Positions 19,807-29,144 of a stretch of 64,000 bases of DNA are shown piece by piece. Both the position numbers and the translations under genes were made by a program. The notes beneath the pieces were generated by a model. It was given only the letters and a program-made list of their open reading frames with translations, ran no database searches and was not told the DNA's origin. Within the stretch, counting starts at the first letter, position 1, and each line of letters opens with the position of its first letter. Source of the DNA: an uncultured Halieaceae bacterium (GTDB lineage: Bacteria; Pseudomonadota; Gammaproteobacteria; Pseudomonadales; Halieaceae). Location: positions 2,144 through 66,143 of the forward strand of contig CAJXCR010000002.1 in NCBI GenBank assembly GCA_913051825.1. Reading direction: 5' to 3'.

Positions 19807-19833
19807 GAACTTCTTGGCATCACAATGGTCTAC
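19807..19833 (+). promoter_or_regulatory. candidate sigma-E (RpoE/AlgU) autoregulated promoter
   Basis: GAACTT (19807-19812), a 16-nt spacer, then TCTAC preceded by G (19828-19833), about 50 nt upstream of the rpoE ATG. The enteric sigma-E consensus is roughly GGAACTT-N16-GTCTAA. Confidence 0.5.
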
Positions 19834-19882
19834 TAAATGTGGGCCCAAGATTAATGCCAAAAGCAAAGAGTTTTAAGTTTTT

Positions 19883-20470
19883 ATGCCCACTAATTTTTCA
19901 GACAAACAGTTGGTTGCCAAGAGTCAGCAAGGTGACAAGCGAGCTTTTGATATGCTTGTAATGCGTTATCAGAATCGATTATCCGCCGTTATTAGTAGAT
20001 ATTGCAAAAGTTCTTTAGACACTGAAGATATTGTGCAAGAGTCTTTCATTAAAGCTTACAGAGGCATCGGAAATTTTCGAGGGGATAGTGCTTTTTATAC
20101 CTGGCTTTGCAGGATTGGAATTAATGTAGCAAAGAATCATTTAATCTCTTCTGCTCGTCATTTGCGCGCTTCAGAAACTAGTTCTTCTGAAGAGATGGAA
20201 AATAATTATGATTCTGGTTCTGGTTTTACAGATGAAGTGATGACGGCAGAAGGTAATATCTTTGGAGACGAACTTATTGATATTATTCAGTCAGCACTTT
20301 CCTCACTGCCTGAGGAGCTGAGGATTGCGTTAACGCTCAGAGAAATAGAAGGACTAAGTTATGATGATATTTCATCAATGATGGCGTGTCCTATTGGAAC
20401 TGTGCGGTCGCGAATTTTCAGAGCGCGTGAAGTTTTAAATCTAAAGATCAAAGAGTATATGCAAACGTGA
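19883..20470 (+). CDS. rpoE: ECF RNA polymerase sigma factor sigma-E (RpoE/AlgU)
   Basis: 195 aa. QQGDKRAFDMLVMRYQNRL, region 2 DIVQESFIKAY and region 4 LREIEGLSYDDISSMMACPIGTVRSRIFRAR. Confidence 0.92.
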   Translation: MPTNFSDKQLVAKSQQGDKRAFDMLVMRYQNRLSAVISRYCKSSLDTEDIVQESFIKAYRGIGNFRGDSAFYTWLCRIGINVAKNHLISSARHLRASETSSSEEMENNYDSGSGFTDEVMTAEGNIFGDELIDIIQSALSSLPEELRIALTLREIEGLSYDDISSMMACPIGTVRSRIFRAREVLNLKIKEYMQT

Positions 20471-20542
20471 CTATGGACGAAATATTGTTAAAAACGAAAT
20501 CCTACGTTATAGGATTCAGGTTAATCTTTAGGATTCTCGATC

Positions 20543-21469
20543 ATGAATGATGAGCTTAATAAATCCCTTTCTGCGATAATGGATGACGAAGCAGATGAAA
20601 CCGAGTTAGAAGAAATACTTTCGGCCATTGGATCAGATACTGAATTGCGACAAAAATGGATAGAGTTAAATCTTGTTCGTGATCTTATCCATGGGGTTTC
20701 TGTTGAAGAACCATCCGACATGTCTCTTAAGCTTAAAAAGCTCATTGAGTACGAATCTGATGATTCTCAGCTTAAAGTTCGCAAGTCCATTGTTGATTTT
20801 TTTAATCCTATTATGAGTTTTGCAGTTGCTGCATCGGTGACTGCGATCGTGGTCCTTGGAGGGGAAGTTTTTTTAAAACCCGAAGTCGAGTTTGAAACAC
20901 AATATGCAGGAGGAATATCTCCTATTAGTATTACTCCAATAGCCGGTTCTACCCCTAGACGTGCGAGTTATAAAGGAGAGCAGCATCAACAGTTTTTTTC
21001 CGCCGCAAAGTTTAGCGATCAAAAAATGGCCTATGATCAGATTATAGAGCGTGTTCGCTACGCTACTGTTGATTTTGAGTCTATTGTTACGGACTCAGCT
21101 TCTCGTAATATTCGATCAAATGAAAAAAGCAGGCCGAATGAAAATCGAATAGACATGAAATATGTTGATTGGAAAGTAAATTGGATTCCCTCTGGATTCA
21201 AGCCTATTAAAGGCTCCTTTACGGATAATAATAGAGGAAGCTTTACTGATGGCTTGGCTTCATTCAGTATTTATTTGGATCCGGTTGCTCAGCAAATGAA
21301 CTTACCTAAAACGGAAGGTTCTATTGTCTGGGGTGATATGACTTCATATGTAAATACGACTAATTTAGCTAAAAGCAGGGTTTTGATTACAGTGGTGGGT
21401 GATATTCCACCTGAGGTGGCGAAGAAGATAGCGTCTTCTGTAAAAGAAATTTCGAAGAGTGTTAATTAA
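20543..21469 (+). CDS. anti-sigma-E factor: RseA/MucA-type N-terminus + TM helix, with RseB/MucB C-terminal-domain-like periplasmic end
   Basis: Residues 1-55 LSAIMDDEADETELEEIL...LRQKWIELNLVRDLIHG resemble RseA_N. The TM helix is about aa 86-107 (FFNPIMSFAVAASVTAIVVLGG). Residues 208-303 carry WKVNWIPSGF, FTDGLASFSIYLDP and ITVVGDIPPEVAKKIASSV, which parallel RseB/MucB C-terminal motifs (W..W.P.GF, YSDGLxSxSV, VTVVGE.P...A..IA.SV). Confidence 0.7.
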   Translation: MNDELNKSLSAIMDDEADETELEEILSAIGSDTELRQKWIELNLVRDLIHGVSVEEPSDMSLKLKKLIEYESDDSQLKVRKSIVDFFNPIMSFAVAASVTAIVVLGGEVFLKPEVEFETQYAGGISPISITPIAGSTPRRASYKGEQHQQFFSAAKFSDQKMAYDQIIERVRYATVDFESIVTDSASRNIRSNEKSRPNENRIDMKYVDWKVNWIPSGFKPIKGSFTDNNRGSFTDGLASFSIYLDPVAQQMNLPKTEGSIVWGDMTSYVNTTNLAKSRVLITVVGDIPPEVAKKIASSVKEISKSVN

Positions 21470-21596
21470 ATGATTTTATTCTTTAAGCTATATGCGACAT
21501 AAATATCTTTAATGTTTTTTAAAATTCATTACTTGTTAATTCAGTATTCTAGAGTGTTTTGAACTGGTATATCGATTTACTTAATTGAGAATTAAA

Positions 21597-22982
21597 ATGG
21601 CAGGCATTTCTTTTCCCAAAAATTTTTATTCGTATTTTTTGATTTTTCTAACTTTTGGAACCGAAGCATCCGAGTTTCCAGATTTTACAAAAGTTGTGGA
21701 TAGCGCATCTCCGGCAGTAGTAAAGATAATAGTGGAGTTTTCAGGAGATGCTAGAGATGGATTTTCTAAGGATATGCCGGATTATCTGAGACGTTTTTTT
21801 GAAGATCGAGGAGAACCACTTCCCAAAAGACCTCAAAGAGGTTCAGTAGGTTCCGGATTTATCCTCACTGAAGATGGTTATGTGGTCACAAATAATCATG
21901 TTGTGGAAGGATCTACAGAGGTCAAAGTTCGACTATCAGATCGTAGGGAATATAAGGCAAAGATTGTTGGATTGGACCCACGTTCCGATTTGGCTTTAAT
22001 TAAGATTGAAGAAAGCGATCTCCCTTGGCTTAAACTTAGTGATGATGATTTATCAGTTGGAGAATGGGTCTTGGCAATCGGATCTCCTTTTGGCCTGGAT
22101 TATTCGGTAGCCGCTGGAATTGTAAGTGCTAAAGGGAGGAGTCTTCCAACGGAAAGGAATGAGAACTATGTTCCTTTTGTGCAGACAGATGTGGCGATCA
22201 ATCCAGGTAATTCTGGAGGTCCTTTGCTAAATTTGCGAGGCGAAGTCGCTGGTGTGAATTCTCAGATTTTCACCCGTAGCGGAGGGTCAATAGGACTTTC
22301 TTTTGCTATACCTACTACTGTAGTTAAAAATGTAGTAAAGCAACTTAGAAAGGAAGGTAAAGTCACGAGAGGTTGGTTCGGTGTGACGATACAAGATGTT
22401 GATAAAAATTTAGCAGATTCATTCGGGCTAGAGCGTCCTCGTGGCGCATTGATCTCGCAAATTGCACCAGAAGGGCCGGCCGAAAAGGCTGGGTTTCGTG
22501 CGGGAGATATTGTTTTGAGACTAGATGGTAATGAAATCGAAACTTCCTCCGATCTCCCTCATGTTGTAGGTTTAATTGCTCCTAATACTAAGGTAGATGT
22601 AGATTTAGTTCGGGATGGAAAGGAGATGATGCTTGTCTTGCAGGTTGGTGGTTTAGCAGCGGATGAAGAACTATCTTTGTTAGGCAAAGGGATGGATAGC
22701 ATTGATTCGCTGCTTGGCTTAGTATTAGAGGATTCAAGTAAACTCGATCGTGATAGATATGGAATTAGTGGTGGGGTGACCGTTTTAGAAGTGGCTCCGC
22801 AATCCTCGGCTGCAGAGGCTGGAATAATTCCTGGAGATGTGATCACTCTGGTCGGATCAAAACCAATCAAGGGAACTTCATCTTTCGAGAAAGCAGTGAA
22901 AAATTTGCAGTCGGGAAAGTCAGTTCCGATAAGACTTATTCGTCGAGGTTCTCACATGTTTATAGGCATGAAGATACCTTAG
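21597..22982 (+). CDS. periplasmic HtrA-family serine endoprotease (DegP/DegQ/MucD-like), two PDZ domains
   Basis: VTNNHVV (His), DLALIKI (Asp) and GNSGGPLLN (Ser). Two PDZ-like segments, a signal peptide, and the position of mucD in Pseudomonas synteny. ATG 21597 preferred over TTG 21585. Confidence 0.9.
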   Translation: MAGISFPKNFYSYFLIFLTFGTEASEFPDFTKVVDSASPAVVKIIVEFSGDARDGFSKDMPDYLRRFFEDRGEPLPKRPQRGSVGSGFILTEDGYVVTNNHVVEGSTEVKVRLSDRREYKAKIVGLDPRSDLALIKIEESDLPWLKLSDDDLSVGEWVLAIGSPFGLDYSVAAGIVSAKGRSLPTERNENYVPFVQTDVAINPGNSGGPLLNLRGEVAGVNSQIFTRSGGSIGLSFAIPTTVVKNVVKQLRKEGKVTRGWFGVTIQDVDKNLADSFGLERPRGALISQIAPEGPAEKAGFRAGDIVLRLDGNEIETSSDLPHVVGLIAPNTKVDVDLVRDGKEMMLVLQVGGLAADEELSLLGKGMDSIDSLLGLVLEDSSKLDRDRYGISGGVTVLEVAPQSSAAEAGIIPGDVITLVGSKPIKGTSSFEKAVKNLQSGKSVPIRLIRRGSHMFIGMKIP

Positions 22983-23038
22983 TAGCTTACATGCAACAGA
23001 GTAAACTAAGAAAATCAGGCTAAGCACTGATTAGTAAG

Positions 23039-23065
23039 TTGCAATAAGGTGTGGCTTGGTATAAT
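23039..23065 (+). promoter_or_regulatory. candidate sigma-70 promoter with extended -10 for lepA-lepB
   Basis: TTGCAA (23039-23044), a 15-nt spacer, then TGG-TATAAT (23057-23065), about 50 nt upstream of the lepA GTG. The spacer is short, which the TGn extended -10 may compensate. Confidence 0.35.
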
Positions 23066-23114
23066 AGTGACGAATACTATTCAATTACAGATTCCCCCCC
23101 CAAGTGTGGTTTAA

Positions 23115-24914
23115 GTGACAAAACTTTCTCATATACGTAATTTCTCTATTATTGCCCATATTGATCATGGTAAATCGACTTTAGCAGATCGATTTATTCA
23201 ATTTTGTGGTGGTTTGTCGGCCAGGGAAATGGAAGAGCAAGTTCTTGATTCAATGGACATTGAGAGAGAGAGAGGAATCACTATTAAAGCACAGAGTGTG
23301 ACTTTAGATTTCTTAGATTCAGATGGACAAAGCTATCAGTTAAATTTTATAGATACTCCAGGTCATGTAGATTTTTCTTATGAAGTTTCTCGATCATTAG
23401 CTGCCTGTGAGGGCGCGCTACTTGTTGTAGATGCAGGACAAGGTGTTGAGGCGCAATCAGTAGCAAATTGTTATACCGCTTTAGAACAGGGTTTAGAAGT
23501 TTTACCAGTTCTAAACAAAATTGATCTCCCGCAGGCTGATCCCGAAAATGTTAAGACCCAAATAGAAGAAATAATAGGTGTTTCAGCCGAAGAGGCTTCA
23601 TTGGTTAGTGCAAAAACCGGATCTGGTATAGAAAGTCTGCTTAGTCGAATTGTTAGTGTTATTCCTCCTCCAGAAGGTGACGAAAATGCACCCCTACAAG
23701 CGCTTATTATAGATTCTTGGTTTGACAATTTCTTGGGTGTGGTTTCCCTGGTTAGAGTTGTGCAAGGCATCTTATGCAAGGGAGATAAGATTATTGCAAA
23801 ATCTCAAGGAAAAATTCATCAAGTTGATACCTTAGGGATTTTTACACCAAAGCGATTAGTCAAAGATAAACTCAAAGCGGGTGAGGTTGGCTTTGTTGTA
23901 GCAGGTATAAAAGATATTCAAGGCGCTCCCGTGGGTGATACGTTAGTTCATAGTAAACACCTTGAGATCGATTCTCTTCCTGGCTTTAAAAAGGTAAAAC
24001 CTCAAGTGTATGCGGGGATATTTACGATCTCTACAGATGACTATGAAGATTTTCGAGATGCCTTATCGAAACTTACCCTTAATGATGCCTCTCTTTATTA
24101 TGAGCCAGAAACGTCAGATGCATTGGGTTTCGGATTTCGGTGTGGTTTTCTTGGCATGCTGCACATGGAAATTGTTCAAGAGCGACTAGAAAGGGAATAT
24201 AATCTAAATTTGATAACGACGGCGCCAACTGTCATTTATCAAGTTGAGAGTAAAAAAGGAGAAGTTTCTTTGGTTGATAATCCTTCTGCTTTACCTGATC
24301 CAGGAGATATTTTAGAAATGAGAGAACCTCTGGCTCGCTGTAACATTCTAGTGCCTCAAAATTACTTGGGTAATATCCTTTCTCTTTGTAACGATAAGCG
24401 AGGTGTTCAGCAGGATATGCAATTTTTAGGTAATCAGGTGTCACTGCAATACGATATTCCAATGGCTGAAGTGGTAATGGATTTTTTTGACCGATTAAAG
24501 TCTGCCAGTCGTGGTTATGCCTCATTAGAATATAGCTTTCAAAGTTTTAAGTCTGCTAGTTTGGCACGCATGGATATTTTAATAAATGGAGAGAAGGTGG
24601 ATGCTCTCGCAATAATAGTACATAGAGATAAAATTCAATTTAGAGCGAGAGCATTAACTGAGAAAATGCGGGAATTAATTCCTCGGCAGATGTTTGATGT
24701 CGCAATTCAGGCGGCGGTTGGCGGCAAAATAGTCGCTCGGCAAACAGTCAAGGCTTTAAGAAAAAATGTAACAGCAAAATGTTACGGTGGTGATGTAACA
24801 AGGAAGAAGAAATTGTTAGAAAAACAAAAGGCAGGGAAAAAGCGGATGAAGCAAGTAGGTAGCGTTGAAATACCACAGTCCGCATTTCTAGCTGTTCTTC
24901 AGAGCGATAATTAA
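23115..24914 (+). CDS. lepA: translation elongation factor 4
   Basis: 599 aa. [21 protein letters not shown]1 motif, [12 protein letters not shown]. Followed by lepB. GTG start. Confidence 0.97.
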   Translation: MTKLSHIRNFSIIAHIDHGKSTLADRFIQFCGGLSAREMEEQVLDSMDIERERGITIKAQSVTLDFLDSDGQSYQLNFIDTPGHVDFSYEVSRSLAACEGALLVVDAGQGVEAQSVANCYTALEQGLEVLPVLNKIDLPQADPENVKTQIEEIIGVSAEEASLVSAKTGSGIESLLSRIVSVIPPPEGDENAPLQALIIDSWFDNFLGVVSLVRVVQGILCKGDKIIAKSQGKIHQVDTLGIFTPKRLVKDKLKAGEVGFVVAGIKDIQGAPVGDTLVHSKHLEIDSLPGFKKVKPQVYAGIFTISTDDYEDFRDALSKLTLNDASLYYEPETSDALGFGFRCGFLGMLHMEIVQERLEREYNLNLITTAPTVIYQVESKKGEVSLVDNPSALPDPGDILEMREPLARCNILVPQNYLGNILSLCNDKRGVQQDMQFLGNQVSLQYDIPMAEVVMDFFDRLKSASRGYASLEYSFQSFKSASLARMDILINGEKVDALAIIVHRDKIQFRARALTEKMRELIPRQMFDVAIQAAVGGKIVARQTVKALRKNVTAKCYGGDVTRKKKLLEKQKAGKKRMKQVGSVEIPQSAFLAVLQSDN

Positions 24915-24922
24915 GAAAAGCA

Positions 24923-25762
24923 ATGAGCATAAATTTTCCTCTTATCTTATTCTTGCTGGTTTTTTTCAGTGGTATTATCTGGTTGTTTGATTCAATGTTT
25001 TTTTTGCGAAAACGCAATCATATTCTCCAAGAAATACGAGCTAAATTTCCTAAGGAGAAAGATTGGAGTAAAAAGCAAGTATCATCTTATGAAGCCGAAG
25101 TAAAAAAGTTAGCACGAGAACCAATTATCGTTGAATATTCACGTGCATTTTTTCCAGTCTTGTTATTTGTGTTTATAGTTAGGTCTTTTATTGTGGAACC
25201 TTTCCAAATCCCATCTTCTTCAATGGTTCCTACGCTGCAAGTAGGGGATTATATTTTGGTGAATAAATATACCTACGGAATACGACTTCCTGTAATTCGT
25301 ACAAAGGTATTTGATGTTACCGACCCCCAGCGAGGAGATGTCATGGTTTTTTTTCCACCACATATGAAGGATACTTATTATATTAAGCGCATAATCGGTC
25401 TTCCTGGAGATATAATCTCCTATCGCAATAAGCAGTTAAGTGTAAATGGATCTTTAGTCGAAACCGATTGGCAAGCGACCGTAAACTCAAATATTTCTCG
25501 TTACATAAAAGGATCTGAGAAACTTGGGAGCGACGCGCATTTAATGCAAATAGACACTTTTCGTCCGGATAAATCCTTTTCAGTCGTTGTAAAGCCAGGT
25601 CATTATTTTATGATGGGTGATAATCGGGATAATAGTAGCGATAGTCGCGTTTGGGGGCAGGTTTCCGAGCAGCAAATTGTTGGTAGAGCTTTTGCGATTT
25701 GGATGCACTGGGATTCGTTTTTTAGCCTTCCTGCTTTTAACAGAGTTGGACTAATAAAATGA
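24923..25762 (+). CDS. lepB: signal peptidase I
   Basis: 279 aa. SSSMVPTL (catalytic Ser), YIKRIIGLPGD (Lys box) and GDNRDNSSDSR. Confidence 0.95.
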   Translation: MSINFPLILFLLVFFSGIIWLFDSMFFLRKRNHILQEIRAKFPKEKDWSKKQVSSYEAEVKKLAREPIIVEYSRAFFPVLLFVFIVRSFIVEPFQIPSSSMVPTLQVGDYILVNKYTYGIRLPVIRTKVFDVTDPQRGDVMVFFPPHMKDTYYIKRIIGLPGDIISYRNKQLSVNGSLVETDWQATVNSNISRYIKGSEKLGSDAHLMQIDTFRPDKSFSVVVKPGHYFMMGDNRDNSSDSRVWGQVSEQQIVGRAFAIWMHWDSFFSLPAFNRVGLIK

Positions 25763-25889
25763 GCAAATGAAATAAGTTAATGGCTTCCTAAGAAATAAAC
25801 ATGGTTATCGACGATCATTATTTTATGCCCCTCACTGCGTTTTGCCACTATTTAGTCTTTGGTTATTCGACACGCTTTCAACGACCTCA

Positions 25890-26555
25890 GTGAAAAACTT
25901 AAATCTTTTGCAAGTAGAGTTAGGGTATTATTTTTCTGATATTCAACTTCTCGAGTTAGCACTAACCCATAGGAGTGTCAGCAGTAATAATAACGAGAGG
26001 CTTGAGTTTCTAGGTGATTCTCTGATAAATCATGTGGTCGCAGAACATGTATATAGAAAATTTCCCAGGATCAGCGAGGGTCCTCTATCTAGAATTAGGG
26101 CCGCTTTAGTGCGACGCGAATCTCTCGCGGAATTGGGGATTAATTTAAAGATTGGAGAATATCTTCTTCTAGGTGCCGGAGAATGTAAAAGTGGTGGGCG
26201 ACACCGCAAATCCATATTAGCAGACGCAGTTGAGGCGGTAGTAGGAGCAATTTATATTGATGGTGGGTTTGAGATTGCTCGTGAAATCATTTTAGTTCTA
26301 TATTCAGCTAAGTTTTCAGCAATGTCAGAGGATTTAGCAGAGAAAGACGCTAAGACTCGAATTCAAGAATACACTCAGGCTAAAGGACTAGAGCTTCCGA
26401 TTTATGAATTGGAGTCAGTGTCTGGAGATGCACACCAACCAATGTATCATGTAGTTTGTAAAATAAATGGCAGTGGCCAGGTAGGTAGAGGTTCTGCACA
26501 GAGTCGACAAGAAGCCGAACAGATAGCAGCTTCTTTGATATTATCTGTCCTGTGA
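25890..26555 (+). CDS. rnc: ribonuclease III
   Basis: ALTHRS...NERLEFLGDS signature plus a C-terminal dsRBD. GTG 25890 gives an E. coli-like length (221 aa). The track start 25842 adds an implausible hydrophobic leader. Confidence 0.92.
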   Translation: MKNLNLLQVELGYYFSDIQLLELALTHRSVSSNNNERLEFLGDSLINHVVAEHVYRKFPRISEGPLSRIRAALVRRESLAELGINLKIGEYLLLGAGECKSGGRHRKSILADAVEAVVGAIYIDGGFEIAREIILVLYSAKFSAMSEDLAEKDAKTRIQEYTQAKGLELPIYELESVSGDAHQPMYHVVCKINGSGQVGRGSAQSRQEAEQIAASLILSVL

Positions 26556-27442
26556 TCTTTCGTAATCGATGTGGATATGTAGCAATTTTGGGGCGGCCCA
26601 ATGTCGGCAAATCTACTTTATTAAATCAATTGTTAGGATTTAAGCTCAGTATCACCTCTAGAAAGCCTCAAACGACTCGTCACCAAATTTTAGGTATTAG
26701 AACTATAGGTGGCGACCAAATAATTTTTGTCGATACTCCCGGTATGCATTTGTCTAACAAGCGAGCTATAAACCGATATATGAATCGTGCTGCTAAATCG
26801 GCTACTTCGGATATTGATTTGATAATTTTTGTGACAGACAGAACCTCTTGGACTGATGAAGATGAACTTGTAGCCAAATCAATCGAAGATGCTGGTGCGC
26901 CAGCAATTTTGGTGATAAATAAGATTGATCTTTTTCCTAAAAAAAACGCTTTAATACCTCATTTGAATAAGCTTATAAATTTGCCAGGGGTCGTGGATAC
27001 CGTTCCCTTGTCCGCTTTGCGTTGCGAGAACCTAGATTCGCTTGAGAATTTGATACTTAAATATTTACCAAATGGCCAACATTATTTTTCGGATGATCAA
27101 TTCACCGACAAGAGCGAGCGATTTTTAGTTTCTGAGATTATAAGAGAGAAGATTATGAGGCAGCTAGGTGATGAGATACCATATTCTGCCGCTGTGGAAA
27201 TTGAAGAATTTAAAGAAAGAAAACGCATTACTCATATTTCAGCTCTAATATGGGTGGAGCGAAAAGGACAAAAGAAAATTGTAATTGGAGAGAATGGAGA
27301 AAAGCTTAGGACGATAGGAAGAGATTCTAGACTTGATATTGAAGCTTTGCTGAATTGTAAAGTTATGCTGAATCTTTGGGTCAAGGTAAAAAGTGGATGG
27401 TCCAATGATGAGAGAGCGTTATCAAGTCTTGGTTATAATTGA
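26552..27442 (+). CDS. era: GTPase Era
   Basis: GRPNVGKST, DTPG, NKID and a C-terminal KH domain. GTGA overlap with the rnc stop. Confidence 0.95.
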   Translation: MIFRNRCGYVAILGRPNVGKSTLLNQLLGFKLSITSRKPQTTRHQILGIRTIGGDQIIFVDTPGMHLSNKRAINRYMNRAAKSATSDIDLIIFVTDRTSWTDEDELVAKSIEDAGAPAILVINKIDLFPKKNALIPHLNKLINLPGVVDTVPLSALRCENLDSLENLILKYLPNGQHYFSDDQFTDKSERFLVSEIIREKIMRQLGDEIPYSAAVEIEEFKERKRITHISALIWVERKGQKKIVIGENGEKLRTIGRDSRLDIEALLNCKVMLNLWVKVKSGWSNDERALSSLGYN

Positions 27443-27475
27443 TCTGATGACAGAACTTCCCACTACGAGTGACCA

Positions 27476-28177
27476 GTGCGAATAGCTCTTCAACCGGCTT
27501 TTCTATTGCATAGGAAGCCTTACAGAGATTCATCTAGGATTTACGATTTTTTTACATTGGAACATGGCGTTATTTCCGTTATTGCTAAGAGTGTTTGGAG
27601 GAAGGAGAAGGGAGGTAGTCTAGCCAACTTAATTCAACCATTTACCCCGCTTTTGATTTCTTTTGTTGGTCGCGCTAGCCTAAAGACGCTCTCAAAAGTT
27701 GAGTTAGCAGATAACCATAAGAACTTTAGTGGAGAGCGTGTTTTTTGCGCGTTATATTTAAATGAGTTATTGCTGAAATTAGTCGGACGGAATATACCGC
27801 ACCCCGAACTTTTTGGATACTATTCTAAAAGTCTTGACGCGCTTAAAAGTGCTAGTTCAGTTGAAGAACCTCTAAGATCCTTCGAACTTTTTTTGTTAGC
27901 TGAATTGGGTTATGAAATTGATCTCGAAACAGACTCAACCGGGACCCCTATAAATGAATGCGCCAATTATCTCTACGAACCTACCCATGGCTTTACAAAG
28001 ATTCAATCAGAAATTGTTAATGAAGGCGGGAGATATTTGGGCAGAGATATTCTTGCAATGGCTAAGGGGGAATTTAATGGAGTCTCTGCTGCTTTAAAAA
28101 GACTACTTCGAGTGACCTTAAGTTATCATCTGGGTGAAAAGGAGCTTCAAAGTCGAAGCCTCTTTCCATCTAAGTAA
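27476..28177 (+). CDS. recO: DNA repair protein RecO
   Basis: 233 aa. N-terminal QPAFLLHRKPYRDSS parallels E. coli QRAFVLHSRPWSETS. rnc-era-recO order. Confidence 0.85.
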   Translation: MRIALQPAFLLHRKPYRDSSRIYDFFTLEHGVISVIAKSVWRKEKGGSLANLIQPFTPLLISFVGRASLKTLSKVELADNHKNFSGERVFCALYLNELLLKLVGRNIPHPELFGYYSKSLDALKSASSVEEPLRSFELFLLAELGYEIDLETDSTGTPINECANYLYEPTHGFTKIQSEIVNEGGRYLGRDILAMAKGEFNGVSAALKRLLRVTLSYHLGEKELQSRSLFPSK

Positions 28178-28203
28178 TTACCAACTTTGAGTAAGGAGCT
28201 CCG

Positions 28204-29052
28204 ATGACAGAGATGATTTCTTGGAAAACTGAAGGTCCGTTTAATTTAGATCATTTGATGCAGGTTGTTAAAAGACTTCGAGATCCAGAAGTTGGATGCC
28301 CTTGGGATATTCAGCAGAGCTTTAAAAGTATTCTCTCTTCTACATTAGAAGAGTGTTACGAATTAATTGATGCTATACAAAAAGAAGATTTTAGTCATGT
28401 CGAAGAAGAGTTAGGCGACGTGCTCTTTCAGGTTGTATTTTATGCTCAAATGGGTAGTGAAGAATCTTACTTTGATTTGGCTTCTGTGATCGATGGTCTA
28501 GTCAAAAAGCTCATCCGCAGGCATCCTCATGTTTTCGGAAGTTCAGAAGAAAATCTGAATTGCGGTCCAAAAAGAGATAACTCTCATATGAGCGTTTCTG
28601 AGGTTAAAGATACCTGGGAAAAAATAAAGGTTCAGGAGCGCAGGGCAAAAGACCATAGATCAGCATTAGCGGATGTTCCACTTGCGTTACCTAGCCTGTC
28701 TCGTGCACAAAAGATTCAAAAACGCGCATCTCAAGTAGGTTTTGATTGGAAAGATGTCGATGGTCCTTTAGAAAAAATTGAAGAGGAGCTTTTGGAGCTT
28801 CGAGATAGTTTATCCACAGGGGATAGAGATCAAATCAAATCTGAATTAGGAGATTTATTGTTTTCATGCGTTAATCTCTCTAGGCACTTGAACCTAGATG
28901 CTGAGGAAAGTTTGAGGTGTGCTACAGCAAAATTTGAGAAGAGATTTGTGACTATGGAAAATGAGGTGGGACGGTCCGGCAGATTGGTTAAAGATCTATC
29001 TATGGCGGACTATAATACTTTGTGGGAAAAAGCGAAAAAACTCAGCTTATAA
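28204..29052 (+). CDS. mazG: nucleoside triphosphate pyrophosphohydrolase MazG
   Basis: 282 aa. Tandem MazG domains with EECYELIDAI...EELGDVLFQV and ELGDLLFSCVNLSRHL. Confidence 0.88.
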   Translation: MTEMISWKTEGPFNLDHLMQVVKRLRDPEVGCPWDIQQSFKSILSSTLEECYELIDAIQKEDFSHVEEELGDVLFQVVFYAQMGSEESYFDLASVIDGLVKKLIRRHPHVFGSSEENLNCGPKRDNSHMSVSEVKDTWEKIKVQERRAKDHRSALADVPLALPSLSRAQKIQKRASQVGFDWKDVDGPLEKIEEELLELRDSLSTGDRDQIKSELGDLLFSCVNLSRHLNLDAEESLRCATAKFEKRFVTMENEVGRSGRLVKDLSMADYNTLWEKAKKLSL

Positions 29053-29144
29053 TTTCGCTTGTTTGAAACTGATCTGATGCTAGAGTAGTAAATTAACGAA
29101 AGAGTTTTATTTCTCTGATATCATCTTATGTAAGTGGAAAATTT

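Noticed and set aside
19685-19876. 63-aa ORF in the nadB-rpoE spacer
   Set aside because: It has no ribosome-binding site and a highly basic, Cys-rich, low-complexity sequence. It spans the predicted sigma-E promoter, so the region is better explained as regulatory DNA.
21218-21259. GSFTD...GSFTD repeat inside the anti-sigma ORF as a recent tandem duplication
   Set aside because: The two copies use different codons (ggc tcc ttt acg gat versus gga agc ttt act gat). It is not a recent DNA duplication or slippage product.
21561-21587. Sigma-E-like GAACTG upstream of the HtrA protease gene
   Set aside because: At 15-17 nt spacing the -10 position reads AATTG or TAATT, with no TC-containing -10 element. 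Not a credible sigma-E promoter.
23013-23032. Hairpin AATCAG-N8-CTGATT after the HtrA gene as a terminator
   Set aside because: The stem is 6 bp and AT-rich with an 8-nt loop and no following U-tract, so it is too weak to call.
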